DNA of 57,903 bases from an uncultured Candidatus Saccharibacteria bacterium (lineage in GTDB: Bacteria; Patescibacteriota; Doudnabacteria; UBA920). The stretch is from contig CAZQMO010000006.1 in the NCBI GenBank assembly GCA_964594755.1, positions 1-57,903 on the forward strand, in the 5' to 3' direction. How positions within the stretch are numbered: the stretch's first letter is position 1; each line of letters starts with the position of its first letter. Both the position numbers and the translations under genes were made by a program. The notes below the pieces were generated by a model, which made no database searches, was not told where the DNA came from, and saw nothing but the letters and a program-made list of their open reading frames with translations. Shown piece after piece: positions 46,354-55,552 of the stretch.

Positions 46354-48084
46354 ATGGTGAGCCGTCCTTCTTTCGAACACACCTTCAGGAAAAGAATAGT
46401 CGTTTTGGCTGTTTTTTTCGTATTGTGCATGGTGATTATTGTTTTACGTTTGGCCAGCATGCAGTTATGGAGTGGTGATAAATATAAGGCTTTAGCAGAG
46501 AACCAGCGAACAGGTCAGCAACAATTAGAACCAACCCGGGGAGAAATACAAATTTGGGACAGTTTTAACAATTTACCCTACACGGTCGCAACATCAAGCG
46601 AAAAAATTATGGTTTGGGTGAATCCGAGTCAAGTTGAAAATCCCGAAGAGATTGCCACTAGACTTTCCGAACTTCTCGGCAATCCTATGGAAGAAATTCT
46701 TGCCAAAATTTCAGATAACACTAAGAAGTATGTGGTAATTAAAAAAGATTTGACCGAACAGGAGCAAACTGCAATCAAAGACGCGGCTCTTACAGGTGTG
46801 AGTTTTGATCGTGAAACCTCAAGACTTTATCCAGAAAAATCCTTTCTTGCTCATCTGCTCGGGTTTGTGGGTTATGTTGGTGATATCAAGCAAGGTGCTT
46901 CAGGTTTGGAATTGGCCTACAATAATGAACTATCAGGGAGTCCAGGTTTGTTATTAGAAGAAACAGATAATGCTGGGCGTTGGATTTTTGGTGGGAAGAG
47001 AGACCGGGTACCGGCGAAAGACGGTGACTCAATTATGTTAACCATTGATAAAACTGCTCAGCTCAAAGTTGAGGCAGTGCTAAAAGAAGCTGTAGAGAAG
47101 CATAGTGCAGATAGTGGTAGTGTGGTAGTGATGGATCCGAAGACTGGGGCTATCATTGCTATGGCAACTTATCCGACTTTTGACTTAAACAACTATTCTA
47201 AAGTAGAAAACCCGGAGATTTATCTTAACCAAGTTACGGTTGGCGCGTATGAGCCTGGTTCAATTTTTAAGCCATTAACCATGGCCGCAGCTATTAACGA
47301 AGGCCAGATTACTCCAACTACGACTTTTACAGATACTGGGGAGGTTAAGGTAGATCAATATACAATAAAAAATTCTGACTCCAAGTCTTATGGTCTACAA
47401 ACTATGACTCAGGTCTTAGAGCAATCTTTGAATACTGGTACGATTTTTGCCAAAGATTCGATTGGTAATGCTAAGTTCTTGGAATATGTTGAAAGATTTG
47501 GATTTGGCAAAAAAACAGGCTTTGAAGTTGTGGAGAGTGCAGGTAATCTCGCCAACTTAAAAGGGAATATTAAAGTAAATTATCATACTGCGAGTTTTGG
47601 ACAAGGGATTAGTGTGACCCCATTACAAATGGTGCAAGCATTCTCAGCAATCGCTAATGAGGGTAAGATGAGGGCTCCTTATGTGGTCAGTAAAATAATC
47701 CGCGCCTCCGGTGAACTAGAGGAAATTGGTCCGGTAGAAGCCCAATCAGTCATTTCTAGCAAGACCGCATCAGAAGTTGCCGCTATGATGGTGAATGTAG
47801 TGGAGAATGGTCATGGGACCAAAGCAGCTGTGCCAGGTTATTACATTGCTGGCAAAACTGGCACAGCACAGGTTCCTCGAAAGGATGGCCGAGGTTACGA
47901 AGAAAATAATAACATAGGTTCGTTTATTGGCTTTGGACCGGTAGAAGATCCTAAGTTTGTAATGCTCGTTCGTATCAATCATCCTCGCACTGTCAAATTT
48001 GCTGAGAGTACAGCAGCTCCCGCTTTCGGTGAAATTGCTCGCTTCCTAGTTCAACATTACAATATTCCTCCAAGTCGAAAGTAG
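46354..48084 (+). CDS. ftsI: Class B penicillin-binding protein (FtsI/PBP2 type)
   Basis: YEPGSIFK (SxxK), SLN, AGKTGTAQ; dcw position. Confidence 0.92.
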   Translation: MVSRPSFEHTFRKRIVVLAVFFVLCMVIIVLRLASMQLWSGDKYKALAENQRTGQQQLEPTRGEIQIWDSFNNLPYTVATSSEKIMVWVNPSQVENPEEIATRLSELLGNPMEEILAKISDNTKKYVVIKKDLTEQEQTAIKDAALTGVSFDRETSRLYPEKSFLAHLLGFVGYVGDIKQGASGLELAYNNELSGSPGLLLEETDNAGRWIFGGKRDRVPAKDGDSIMLTIDKTAQLKVEAVLKEAVEKHSADSGSVVVMDPKTGAIIAMATYPTFDLNNYSKVENPEIYLNQVTVGAYEPGSIFKPLTMAAAINEGQITPTTTFTDTGEVKVDQYTIKNSDSKSYGLQTMTQVLEQSLNTGTIFAKDSIGNAKFLEYVERFGFGKKTGFEVVESAGNLANLKGNIKVNYHTASFGQGISVTPLQMVQAFSAIANEGKMRAPYVVSKIIRASGELEEIGPVEAQSVISSKTASEVAAMMVNVVENGHGTKAAVPGYYIAGKTGTAQVPRKDGRGYEENNNIGSFIGFGPVEDPKFVMLVRINHPRTVKFAESTAAPAFGEIARFLVQHYNIPPSRK

Positions 48085-48166
48085 TTTATAGCCTTGACAG
48101 AATGCTGATTTAGGTTATGCTAAGCACACAAGAGCCATGTGAATTTGGCTTAAATAAGGAGGTATT

Positions 48167-48508
48167 ATGGGTAGTAAACATGAACGACGTTACGTTGGTC
48201 GCGATATTCGCAGATCCCGTTCGTTGTATCGAAAATCATTGGTCCGAAATCGGCCCCTAATGATGGAAGTTGTTGAAGACCTACCCATGGCCAGAGAAAT
48301 CACGGCTAAGGGGTTAGAACTCGCAACACTTCCCAAAGGACGATACGAGGTCCGCATTCAGTCTCATCCCAAACCAGAGATGCGCGGCCGCCAAACCAAG
48401 TGGGTTGTGGCAGACTGCAATGGTCATCAAGTCGGTTTGGCGAAGAATTTTATTCGCAAGTCCCTTGAACCTTACGGTGTGGTTAGATTTTTTCTCTTAG
48501 GCACCTAG
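48167..48508 (+). CDS. Basic orphan hypothetical protein
   Basis: Promoter TTGACA(48094)-16-TATGCT, SD AAGGAGG, terminator GCGAGCG..CGCTCGC downstream. Confidence 0.65.
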   Translation: MGSKHERRYVGRDIRRSRSLYRKSLVRNRPLMMEVVEDLPMAREITAKGLELATLPKGRYEVRIQSHPKPEMRGRQTKWVVADCNGHQVGLAKNFIRKSLEPYGVVRFFLLGT

Positions 48509-48594
48509 CGCGAGCGCGTCACTCCCGACCGCTCGCCATTTATTTTTTAAAAACTATTCCCACAATAATTTATTTACTCTATAATTAAGTCAAC

Positions 48595-50892
48595 ATGTTC
48601 ATCGTTCGTACCATCAACTCTGTTGCCAAGTCACTCGGCTTGCTGATAATCACTGCAGCAACAGGTTTCATGATGGTATTTTTTGTGCTTGGTGTTGGTT
48701 CGCTAGTGTATTTATACATGGTCAACCAATCTTTACCAACGTACGAAGAATTAGTGGACCGTGATGTACCTGAATCAAGTAAACTCTATGCCCGCGATGG
48801 CACATTGATTTACGAATTTTACGGTGAATACAAGCGTTCGCGCATCCCATTGGAGCGCGTCTCTCCTTATCTGGTTAATGCTACGTTAGCTATAGAAGAT
48901 AAGGATTTTTATAATCACGGAGCTATTTCTCTACCAGCGATTGCTCGTGCAGTAATCGCAAATTATGAGACTGGTGCACCTGTGCAAGGTGGTAGTACGA
49001 TTACTCAGCAGTTTGTTAAGAACGCATTGCTGGATCGAAAGAAACTTTACAGCCGTAAAGTCCGTGAAGTGTTATTAGCCTATAAAGTTGAATCACACTT
49101 TACTAAAGATGAAATTCTGGAACTGTATTTGAATGAAATTCCTTATGGCCGCAACAGTTATGGCGCTGAGGCAGCTGCTAAAATTTATTTCGGTAAGTCT
49201 GCTTCAGAGTTGAGTTTGTCAGAAGCGGCCTACTTGGCAGCGCTACCACAAGCACCAAGTTATTACAGTCCAACTGGTAAGAATCGCCAAGCTTTGGACG
49301 CGCGTAAAGATTTAGTTTTACAAAATATGCTTGAGCAAGGGTATATCACAGAGAACGAAATGTATCAGGCGCGTACAGTCCCTGTAGCATTCTTAGATAA
49401 CACTAACAAGTTGGTGGCACCATACTTTGTGGCTTATGTTCAAACTTATCTTACCCAAAAATACGGTGAAGCGTTCTTGAAAGAAGGTGGTTTAAAAGTT
49501 TATAGTGCTTTAGACATGAACCTTCAAACTTTAGCAGAACAGGTCGTTAAAGATGGGGCCGAGGAGAATAAGTTAAAAAATCGCGCCTATAACGCGGCAT
49601 TAGTGGCTGTTGATCCTGCCAATAATAAAGTGGTGGCAATGGCAGGTGGAAAAGATTTTTGGGGCGAACCTGAGCCAGCAGGGTGTATCGTAGGCAAAAA
49701 CTGCAAGTTTGAACCAAACGTAAATGTGGCCACTAGCTTGCGACAGCCAGGTAGTAGTTTCAAGCCGTATGCCTATCTAACTGCTTTCAAACCAGAACAT
49801 GGCTATACGCCATTATCTCGGGTGTTGGATGCGCCAATTACCTTTGGTGTAATTGGGAGTCGGCCTTATTCGCCACAAAATTATGATGGAAGTTTCCGTG
49901 GACTTATGACAATTCGTAAAGCTCTTGCTGGTAGTTTGAATGTTCCTGCAGTGAGAACTTTAAATGCCGTAGGTGTAGAAAATGTGGTACAGACTGCCAA
50001 AGATTTAGGAATTACTTCACCTATGAAAAACTGTGGGTTGTCGTTAGTACTTGGTGGCTGCGAGGTCCGGTTAATGGATCATACGATTGCCATGAGTGTA
50101 ATTGCTAATGGCGGTAAGGCCAATTTGAGCAGTCCGTTTATTCGAATCGAAGATAAACACGGCAAGGTTTTAGAAGATTCTACAGCGCCGCCAGAACAAG
50201 TCGTTAATCCTGAAGCAGTCTATTCTTTAATTAGTATTATGTCTGATGATCAGTCTCGCCAGTATATTTTTGGTCCAAAAAATCCGTTAGTTTTACCTGA
50301 TGGACGACCAGTTGCAGCAAAGACTGGGACAACTCAAAATTGGAAAGATGGTTGGACTATGGGTTTTACCCCACAACTCGCAGTGGGTGTGTGGACAGGG
50401 AACAATGATAGTACTGTGATGCGTGCTGGTGCGGATGGAGTCTTTACAGCGGCGCCGCTTTGGCAAAGGTTTATGACTGAAGCCCATAAGAATTTACCTG
50501 CTAAAGATTTTGAAGTTCCTGATGGGATCATTCAAGTTGCTTACGATATTTATTCAAATAAACCAGTAACCCGCGATTCCAAGAATGTGCGCATGGAACC
50601 AATCGCTTGGTATGCCCTGCCAAAAGATATTCAGGTGAGCGCGGCGCCACGCAATATGCCAAAGTCATTGATTGGCCCGATTGATAATCAACCTATTCCG
50701 ACCAATGGAGAGGGGACAGTGGGCGGGATTTCTACTGAGATTCCTTCAACAGAACCTGAGTCAGTTCCAGTGATTCCGTTTGAGCAAGCTTTTCCGCAGA
50801 CCTCTAGCCCGTATTTTGACTCGGGTGGGCTGCCAGAAGAAGAATCATCTGCCACAGATATTCCAGCTACGCAGAGACCTGGGTTGTGGTAA
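48595..50892 (+). CDS. Class A PBP (PBP1A-family transglycosylase-transpeptidase)
   Basis: EDKDFYNH, GGSTITQQ, RKVREV, YLNEI, QPGSSFKP, SLN, KTGT. Confidence 0.95.
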   Translation: MFIVRTINSVAKSLGLLIITAATGFMMVFFVLGVGSLVYLYMVNQSLPTYEELVDRDVPESSKLYARDGTLIYEFYGEYKRSRIPLERVSPYLVNATLAIEDKDFYNHGAISLPAIARAVIANYETGAPVQGGSTITQQFVKNALLDRKKLYSRKVREVLLAYKVESHFTKDEILELYLNEIPYGRNSYGAEAAAKIYFGKSASELSLSEAAYLAALPQAPSYYSPTGKNRQALDARKDLVLQNMLEQGYITENEMYQARTVPVAFLDNTNKLVAPYFVAYVQTYLTQKYGEAFLKEGGLKVYSALDMNLQTLAEQVVKDGAEENKLKNRAYNAALVAVDPANNKVVAMAGGKDFWGEPEPAGCIVGKNCKFEPNVNVATSLRQPGSSFKPYAYLTAFKPEHGYTPLSRVLDAPITFGVIGSRPYSPQNYDGSFRGLMTIRKALAGSLNVPAVRTLNAVGVENVVQTAKDLGITSPMKNCGLSLVLGGCEVRLMDHTIAMSVIANGGKANLSSPFIRIEDKHGKVLEDSTAPPEQVVNPEAVYSLISIMSDDQSRQYIFGPKNPLVLPDGRPVAAKTGTTQNWKDGWTMGFTPQLAVGVWTGNNDSTVMRAGADGVFTAAPLWQRFMTEAHKNLPAKDFEVPDGIIQVAYDIYSNKPVTRDSKNVRMEPIAWYALPKDIQVSAAPRNMPKSLIGPIDNQPIPTNGEGTVGGISTEIPSTEPESVPVIPFEQAFPQTSSPYFDSGGLPEEESSATDIPATQRPGLW

Positions 50893-50985
50893 TACTAGAC
50901 TTGCGTAATTTTTTTTGACCTGAGTATTGCGGAGTACGTGCGGTTTTGATATTCTTTTCCTATTCAAACGGGATAGGAGGATGAT

Positions 50986-51555
50986 ATGAGTTCACTCGAG
51001 GTTGATGATAAGACCACTTTTCGCTGGCGTTATTTTTTGTCCGAAATCAATAACGAATCTATTGGTAACCTAATTGATCAACTGGAAGCTCACCACCAAG
51101 AAAACTCGGAGAAGCCGGTTTGTTTATTTGTTTCTTGTCGTGGAGGTGAGATGTCCTTTGCAAATGGGTTTTATCGGTGGGTGAAGTTTTTAGGTTTGAA
51201 GTTGGTGACCATTGGGATGGGTGAAATTGCTTCGTCCGGACTTTTAGTATTTTTGGCAGGGACAAAGCGGTTTATTCTTCCCGATACCTATTATTATTTT
51301 CACGTCGGGCAAACAGGGATTACCAAGGTTCATTCGCCAGAGGAGTCTAAAGCTTTGCTCGCCGCCTTTGAATATGAAGTAAAGTGCATGAAAAACATCG
51401 TGCTTCAGGAGACAAGTATTCCACTTACTCAGCAGCAAGAATTTGATGAAGGTTGTGGTATATGGTCAAGCGATCAGCTCGTGGAATACGGTTTTGCCGA
51501 AGCAGTTGTTAGTTCATTAACTGATCCTATTATTCAATCACAAACCCTGCCTTAG
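50986..51555 (+). CDS. Divergent ClpP-like protease
   Basis: LFVSCRGGE, TIGMGEIASSG (putative catalytic Ser), AGTKRFILP..YFH; SD AGGAGG. Confidence 0.65.
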   Translation: MSSLEVDDKTTFRWRYFLSEINNESIGNLIDQLEAHHQENSEKPVCLFVSCRGGEMSFANGFYRWVKFLGLKLVTIGMGEIASSGLLVFLAGTKRFILPDTYYYFHVGQTGITKVHSPEESKALLAAFEYEVKCMKNIVLQETSIPLTQQQEFDEGCGIWSSDQLVEYGFAEAVVSSLTDPIIQSQTLP

Positions 51556-51623
51556 CGGGGTTCTTTTATTTTTTAGTCAATACAAAAAACGCCTCTCTGA
51601 TTTCGCAGTCGGTGTCTTTTTGT

Positions 51624-52268
51624 TTATTGTTTGTTGATGCTATTGAGACATTGGGTTTTGGCAGGCTCGGCCAGAGAATTGCAGATGGCACTAGGGTCAA
51701 TGTCCATTTGGGTTGGAATGTTAGAGTCTGGAGAAGCAGCTGGCAAAGATGGGATATTAAATTCCTGGAAGTTGATGTTGCTTGGCGGTTCAAAGAATGA
51801 ACTGTCAGCGTTCCATGATTTGCAGGAGTAATCATAGTTCTCATTTGGATCCATGCCTTGAGAGCTGTTGGCTTCGGTGGTGTTTTCAAATGACATCTTG
51901 AAACCTTTATCTTCGCCGTCCATCCAGACATAACTGGTGTTGGTGCTGCCAGCCATAAAGATCATATGACCAGTACGGGTTTGACCTTCGTCTGTGGAGG
52001 TAAAGTTGGCGCGGCCTTTATCTTTGGTTACGTAGATTGTGCCAGAGCTTTGGTTGTTGGCGTCGGTGCTGTTCCAAGAGCACTCAATGTCTCGACCGCG
52101 AGTCATTAACTCTTTTAGGGAAGTGGTTTCCATGGCTAGCTCTGATTCTCTCTCTGTGGTGGCAGAATCATTTTGCACTTCGCCGGAGTTTTGGTTTTGA
52201 GTGAAGTACCACACTCCAGCCCCAACCACGACGATAGCAGCAATTATGCCAATAATTTTCGTGTTCAT
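51624..52268 (-). CDS. Membrane-anchored extracellular hypothetical protein
   Basis: N-terminal TM; two Cys pairs; Ser/Thr/Asn-rich. Confidence 0.75.
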   Translation of the reverse strand: MNTKIIGIIAAIVVVGAGVWYFTQNQNSGEVQNDSATTERESELAMETTSLKELMTRGRDIECSWNSTDANNQSSGTIYVTKDKGRANFTSTDEGQTRTGHMIFMAGSTNTSYVWMDGEDKGFKMSFENTTEANSSQGMDPNENYDYSCKSWNADSSFFEPPSNINFQEFNIPSLPAASPDSNIPTQMDIDPSAICNSLAEPAKTQCLNSINKQ

Positions 52269-52331
52269 ATTGTTTAGTTAATAATCTTGGCTCCAGTATA
52301 ACAAAAAATCGCCCCGAAGGCGATTAGTTAT

Positions 52332-52406
52332 TGGCTGGGGTACCAGGATTCGAACCTGGGAATGAGCGGACCAAAACCGCTTGCCTTACCACTTGGCTAT
52401 ACCCCA
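52332..52406 (-). tRNA. tRNA-Gln (TTG), CCA encoded
   Basis: TGGGGTA acceptor, AGCGG-TTTTGGT-CCGCT anticodon arm, CCAGG-TTCGAAT-CCTGG T arm, TACCCCA-G-CCA; 75 nt. Confidence 0.97.
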
Positions 52407-52530
52407 TTACGTTAAATTTTTCACTGACCTGGCTATTTGTCCGCTGAGCGGACCTCTATGATGAACGGCTTACCGGCGTAAGCCTATGGCGCTTGCCTAC
52501 CTCCGCCAGTTGGCGGATGGCTATACCCCA
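52407..52530 (-). repeat. tRNA-Gln-derived 124-bp repeat unit A
   Basis: Retains tRNA blocks TGGGGTATAGCCA, GGTA-GGCAAGCG, GTCCGCTCA and CCAGGT in order, separated by three hairpins; lacks the TTCGA loop and acceptor 3' strand. Confidence 0.88.
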
Positions 52531-52552
52531 ATAATTTTCAATTAGCCTTGAT

Positions 52553-52581
52553 ATGATACCGAAAATACTGGTTTTTGGCAA
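52553..52581 (-). promoter_or_regulatory. Promoter for repeat unit A plus tRNA-Gln
   Basis: Minus strand TTGCCA(52581)-17-TATCAT(52558-52553). Confidence 0.7.
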
Positions 52582-52631
52582 GAATGCGCGCGTTTTTGTA
52601 TGGTATAATTTACCTATATTTAACAAGATTT

Positions 52632-53492
52632 ATGCCTATCTCAAGTCCTAAGCGTAGCAGTAATTGGAATTACGGTGGTAATAACTGGAAGCTGTCTCGC
52701 TCCAAAATTGAATTATTCATGCAGTGCCCGCGTTGTTTTTATTTAGACAACAAACTGGGTATTCGCCGGCCGTCTATGCCAGCGTTCTTGCTTAACTCAG
52801 CCGTTGACTCACAACTTAAAAAAGAATTCGATGTTCATCGCGCCCAAGGAACCAAGCATCCGTTTCAAGATGAATATGGGATTGATGCAGTTCCGGCGCA
52901 ACACGACAAAATAAATACTTGGCGAGAAAACTTTGAAGGGGTGCAGTACTTCCACGAGCCTACTGGGTTGTTGGTTAGCGGAGCGATTGATGACCTGTGG
53001 CTTAACAGCCAAGGAGAATATATAGTAGTTGACTACAAAGCTACTGCTAAAGACGCACCGGTAAAAGAGTTGAGCGGTATTTGGCACGAAGGCTACAAGC
53101 GTCAAATGGAAATTTATCAGTGGCTACTTCGCAACAACGACCTGAAAGTTTCAGATACAGGTTACTTTGTGTACTGTACGGGTAAAGCTGACCAAGAAGC
53201 TTTTGATAAAACTATTGAGTTTGATGTAGTGTTAATTCCTTACACCGGTAAAGCTGATTGGGTGGAAGGTATTCTGTTTAAGATTAAAGATTGTTTGGAT
53301 AGCTCAAAGATTCCAGATAGCGGTTCAGATTGTGAATATTGTGGTTGGTACTATGCTCGTGCTTCCGAAGAAGGTGAGTCTGTTGATTCAATTCCCCAAC
53401 CTCGGTTAAAACCAGATTTAAAAACCAAAATCGCTCGGAAAACTTCTAAATCTAAAAAGTTAACCGATTCTGGTTCAACTCCTTTATTTTAA
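52632..53492 (+). CDS. PD-(D/E)XK nuclease, Cas4/AddB-like
   Basis: LSRSKI, CPRC, GAIDDL, VVDYKAT, QMEIY, C-terminal C..CEYC; ATG 52632 after TGG-TATAAT. Confidence 0.8.
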   Translation: MPISSPKRSSNWNYGGNNWKLSRSKIELFMQCPRCFYLDNKLGIRRPSMPAFLLNSAVDSQLKKEFDVHRAQGTKHPFQDEYGIDAVPAQHDKINTWRENFEGVQYFHEPTGLLVSGAIDDLWLNSQGEYIVVDYKATAKDAPVKELSGIWHEGYKRQMEIYQWLLRNNDLKVSDTGYFVYCTGKADQEAFDKTIEFDVVLIPYTGKADWVEGILFKIKDCLDSSKIPDSGSDCEYCGWYYARASEEGESVDSIPQPRLKPDLKTKIARKTSKSKKLTDSGSTPLF

Positions 53493-53546
53493 TTGAGTTT
53501 ACTTACACTTAGGCATATAATTAAGAAGAGCATTAATAAGACGATT

Positions 53547-54743
53547 ATGAACAAATATGCGCGCATTTTAGGAGGCATTGGTGCGGGAATTATGACTTTG
53601 GTCATGGTTTTGGCACTAAGTACCCCTGCTTTGGCTGCAGAATTTTTGAAACCAGATGAAAGCGGGAATATCACGGTTTCAGCAGATAGTCAGTACCGCA
53701 ATCTTTATACTGCTGGTGGTAGTGTGCTGATGAACAATTCCACCTTAGGTGATGCCGTTGTGGTTGGCGGTGATGTTACAATTGAAGGTAATGTTGAAAG
53801 TGACCTTATAGTAGCTGGCGGTAGTGTGTACATTAACGGTCCAGTTGGTGGAGATATTCGAGTAGCTGGTGGTGACGTAATTATCAATAATTCAGTTGGC
53901 GGTGATGTAGTCGGTGTTGGCGGAACAATCCGTTTGAGTGATCGAGCTGTGGTGGGCGGTGATGTTGTAGTAGCTGGCGGTCAAGTTGAAGTGCTTGGCC
54001 CAGTTGCAGGAAAACTTACAATCCTTGGTGAGATGGTTACCATGAATAACGCTGTCGCTGGAGCAGTAGCAATTACTGCTAGTGAGAAGTTATCTCTTGG
54101 CGAAAAGACTAATTTTGCTGGCGAAGCAAAATACAAGTCGTGGCAGGAAGCCCAGATTGCAGACGGTGCCCAAACTGGCAATTTGCAGTACGAACAAATT
54201 CCTCGTAAACAGAACGAAGGCGGCAAAGCATTGGCCGGTGTTTTGACTTTAGGGTTTGTATTCAAGCTCTTGGCCATGATTTTGGCAAGCTTGGTACTGC
54301 TCAAGCTGTTCCCAAAGACCAGCACCGAGCTGGTTACTCATCTTAAAGAAAACGTATGGGCTAATTTGGGTATCGGCTTCGTTGCATTTATTGCCATGCC
54401 AATTATGGCGCTACTGTTGCTGTTCACCTTTGTTGGGTTTTACGCGGCTTTGATTGTGTTCGTTCTCTGGCTGCTATGGTGCATGGTCGGCGCATTGGTG
54501 GGTATGGTCTTTGTCGGAGCTTGGATTAATCAGAAGTTTATCAAGAAGGAACAACTGACTATTGATTGGCAAGCAGTCGTGCTGGGTGTTGTTATTGTTT
54601 CTATCTTGGCGTTGATCCCAGCCATCGGCTGGCTAATCAGCTTATTGATTGTTTGGGTAGGTTTTGGTACAATCATTCGGCATATTACTGCGATCAGTCG
54701 CGGTCAACAAGCAACACCAACAATTAATAACGAAACTGTATAA
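53547..54743 (+). CDS. Membrane protein with bactofilin-like beta-helical repeats
   Basis: Signal peptide, repeated GDxxVAGGxVxIxGxV, five C-terminal TMs. Confidence 0.8.
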   Translation: MNKYARILGGIGAGIMTLVMVLALSTPALAAEFLKPDESGNITVSADSQYRNLYTAGGSVLMNNSTLGDAVVVGGDVTIEGNVESDLIVAGGSVYINGPVGGDIRVAGGDVIINNSVGGDVVGVGGTIRLSDRAVVGGDVVVAGGQVEVLGPVAGKLTILGEMVTMNNAVAGAVAITASEKLSLGEKTNFAGEAKYKSWQEAQIADGAQTGNLQYEQIPRKQNEGGKALAGVLTLGFVFKLLAMILASLVLLKLFPKTSTELVTHLKENVWANLGIGFVAFIAMPIMALLLLFTFVGFYAALIVFVLWLLWCMVGALVGMVFVGAWINQKFIKKEQLTIDWQAVVLGVVIVSILALIPAIGWLISLLIVWVGFGTIIRHITAISRGQQATPTINNETV

Positions 54744-55021
54744 TGGGAATATTCGATAAGCTTAAAGATGTAAACGAGAGGCGTAAGCAGGCTAAGCAGA
54801 TTGAGATGATGCTTGGCCAAGAAGAAGTTACTGGTAAATCTTCAGGAAGTAAAATTGAAATCACGATTGATGGCAATCAGAATGTTAAAAGTGTAAAAGT
54901 TGATGATTCAATTGTTGGAGATAGGGGAGATATTGCTCGCAACATCCGTGACGCATTAGAAGACTTGAACAAAAAGCATAAAAAAATGTTGCAGAGTAAG
55001 TTCGGCAGCATGATGCAATAA
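54743..55021 (+). CDS. ybaB: YbaB/EbfC nucleoid-associated protein
   Basis: VTGKSSGSKIEITIDGNQNVKSVKVD pattern, ~90 aa. Confidence 0.85.
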   Translation: MGIFDKLKDVNERRKQAKQIEMMLGQEEVTGKSSGSKIEITIDGNQNVKSVKVDDSIVGDRGDIARNIRDALEDLNKKHKKMLQSKFGSMMQ

Positions 55022-55106
55022 AAAAAGAACCCCGACGCATAATGTGTCGGGGTTTCGGTAAAAGAAAGAGCAGGGAGAAACAAAGTTCTCTCTGCTCGCA
55101 GTTGCT

Positions 55107-55493
55107 TTATTGGTAGACCTTTCTTACATACACGTTCTTGAATATGATGCCGAGTACGAGACCCGCAATCAGTCCGATGATGTACGTGAGTGATGAACCA
55201 AGCGATTCAATCACGTAGAAATGGTAGACAACTATAAAGCTAAAGTAGAATAGTCCACTCAACATTGCGTAAGCGTGTGAGCGACTAAATTCTGTCTTCA
55301 CGATCGGGAAGATTCCCATGCCTGCGCCACATATAATGGCCAGGGCTAACGTTAGGATAGCCGATGGCTCCCGGTTGGCCCAGTTGGCCACGATCTCGTT
55401 AGGAGTTGGGTAAACCAACGCGACAGAGATATAAACCAATGCCACCGCAGCCGCGGCCGACAAAAGGATCTTTCCTATTTCGTTATTATTCAT
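55107..55493 (-). CDS. Four-TM orphan membrane protein
   Basis: ATG 55493 behind AAGGAG; promoter TTGACA(55549)-17-TATAAT; hairpin GAGCAGGGAGAA/TTCTCTCTGCTC downstream. Confidence 0.75.
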   Translation of the reverse strand: MNNNEIGKILLSAAAAVALVYISVALVYPTPNEIVANWANREPSAILTLALAIICGAGMGIFPIVKTEFSRSHAYAMLSGLFYFSFIVVYHFYVIESLGSSLTYIIGLIAGLVLGIIFKNVYVRKVYQ

Positions 55494-55552
55494 AAGTCTC
55501 CTTAAAGTTGTATTTTGTATATTATAGCATAAATCAGCATATTTGTCAATAA

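Noticed and set aside
52407-52530. Intron-containing, split or permuted functional tRNA
   Set aside because: The unit lacks the TTCGA loop, the 3' T-stem and the acceptor 3' strand, so removing the hairpins does not give a cloverleaf.
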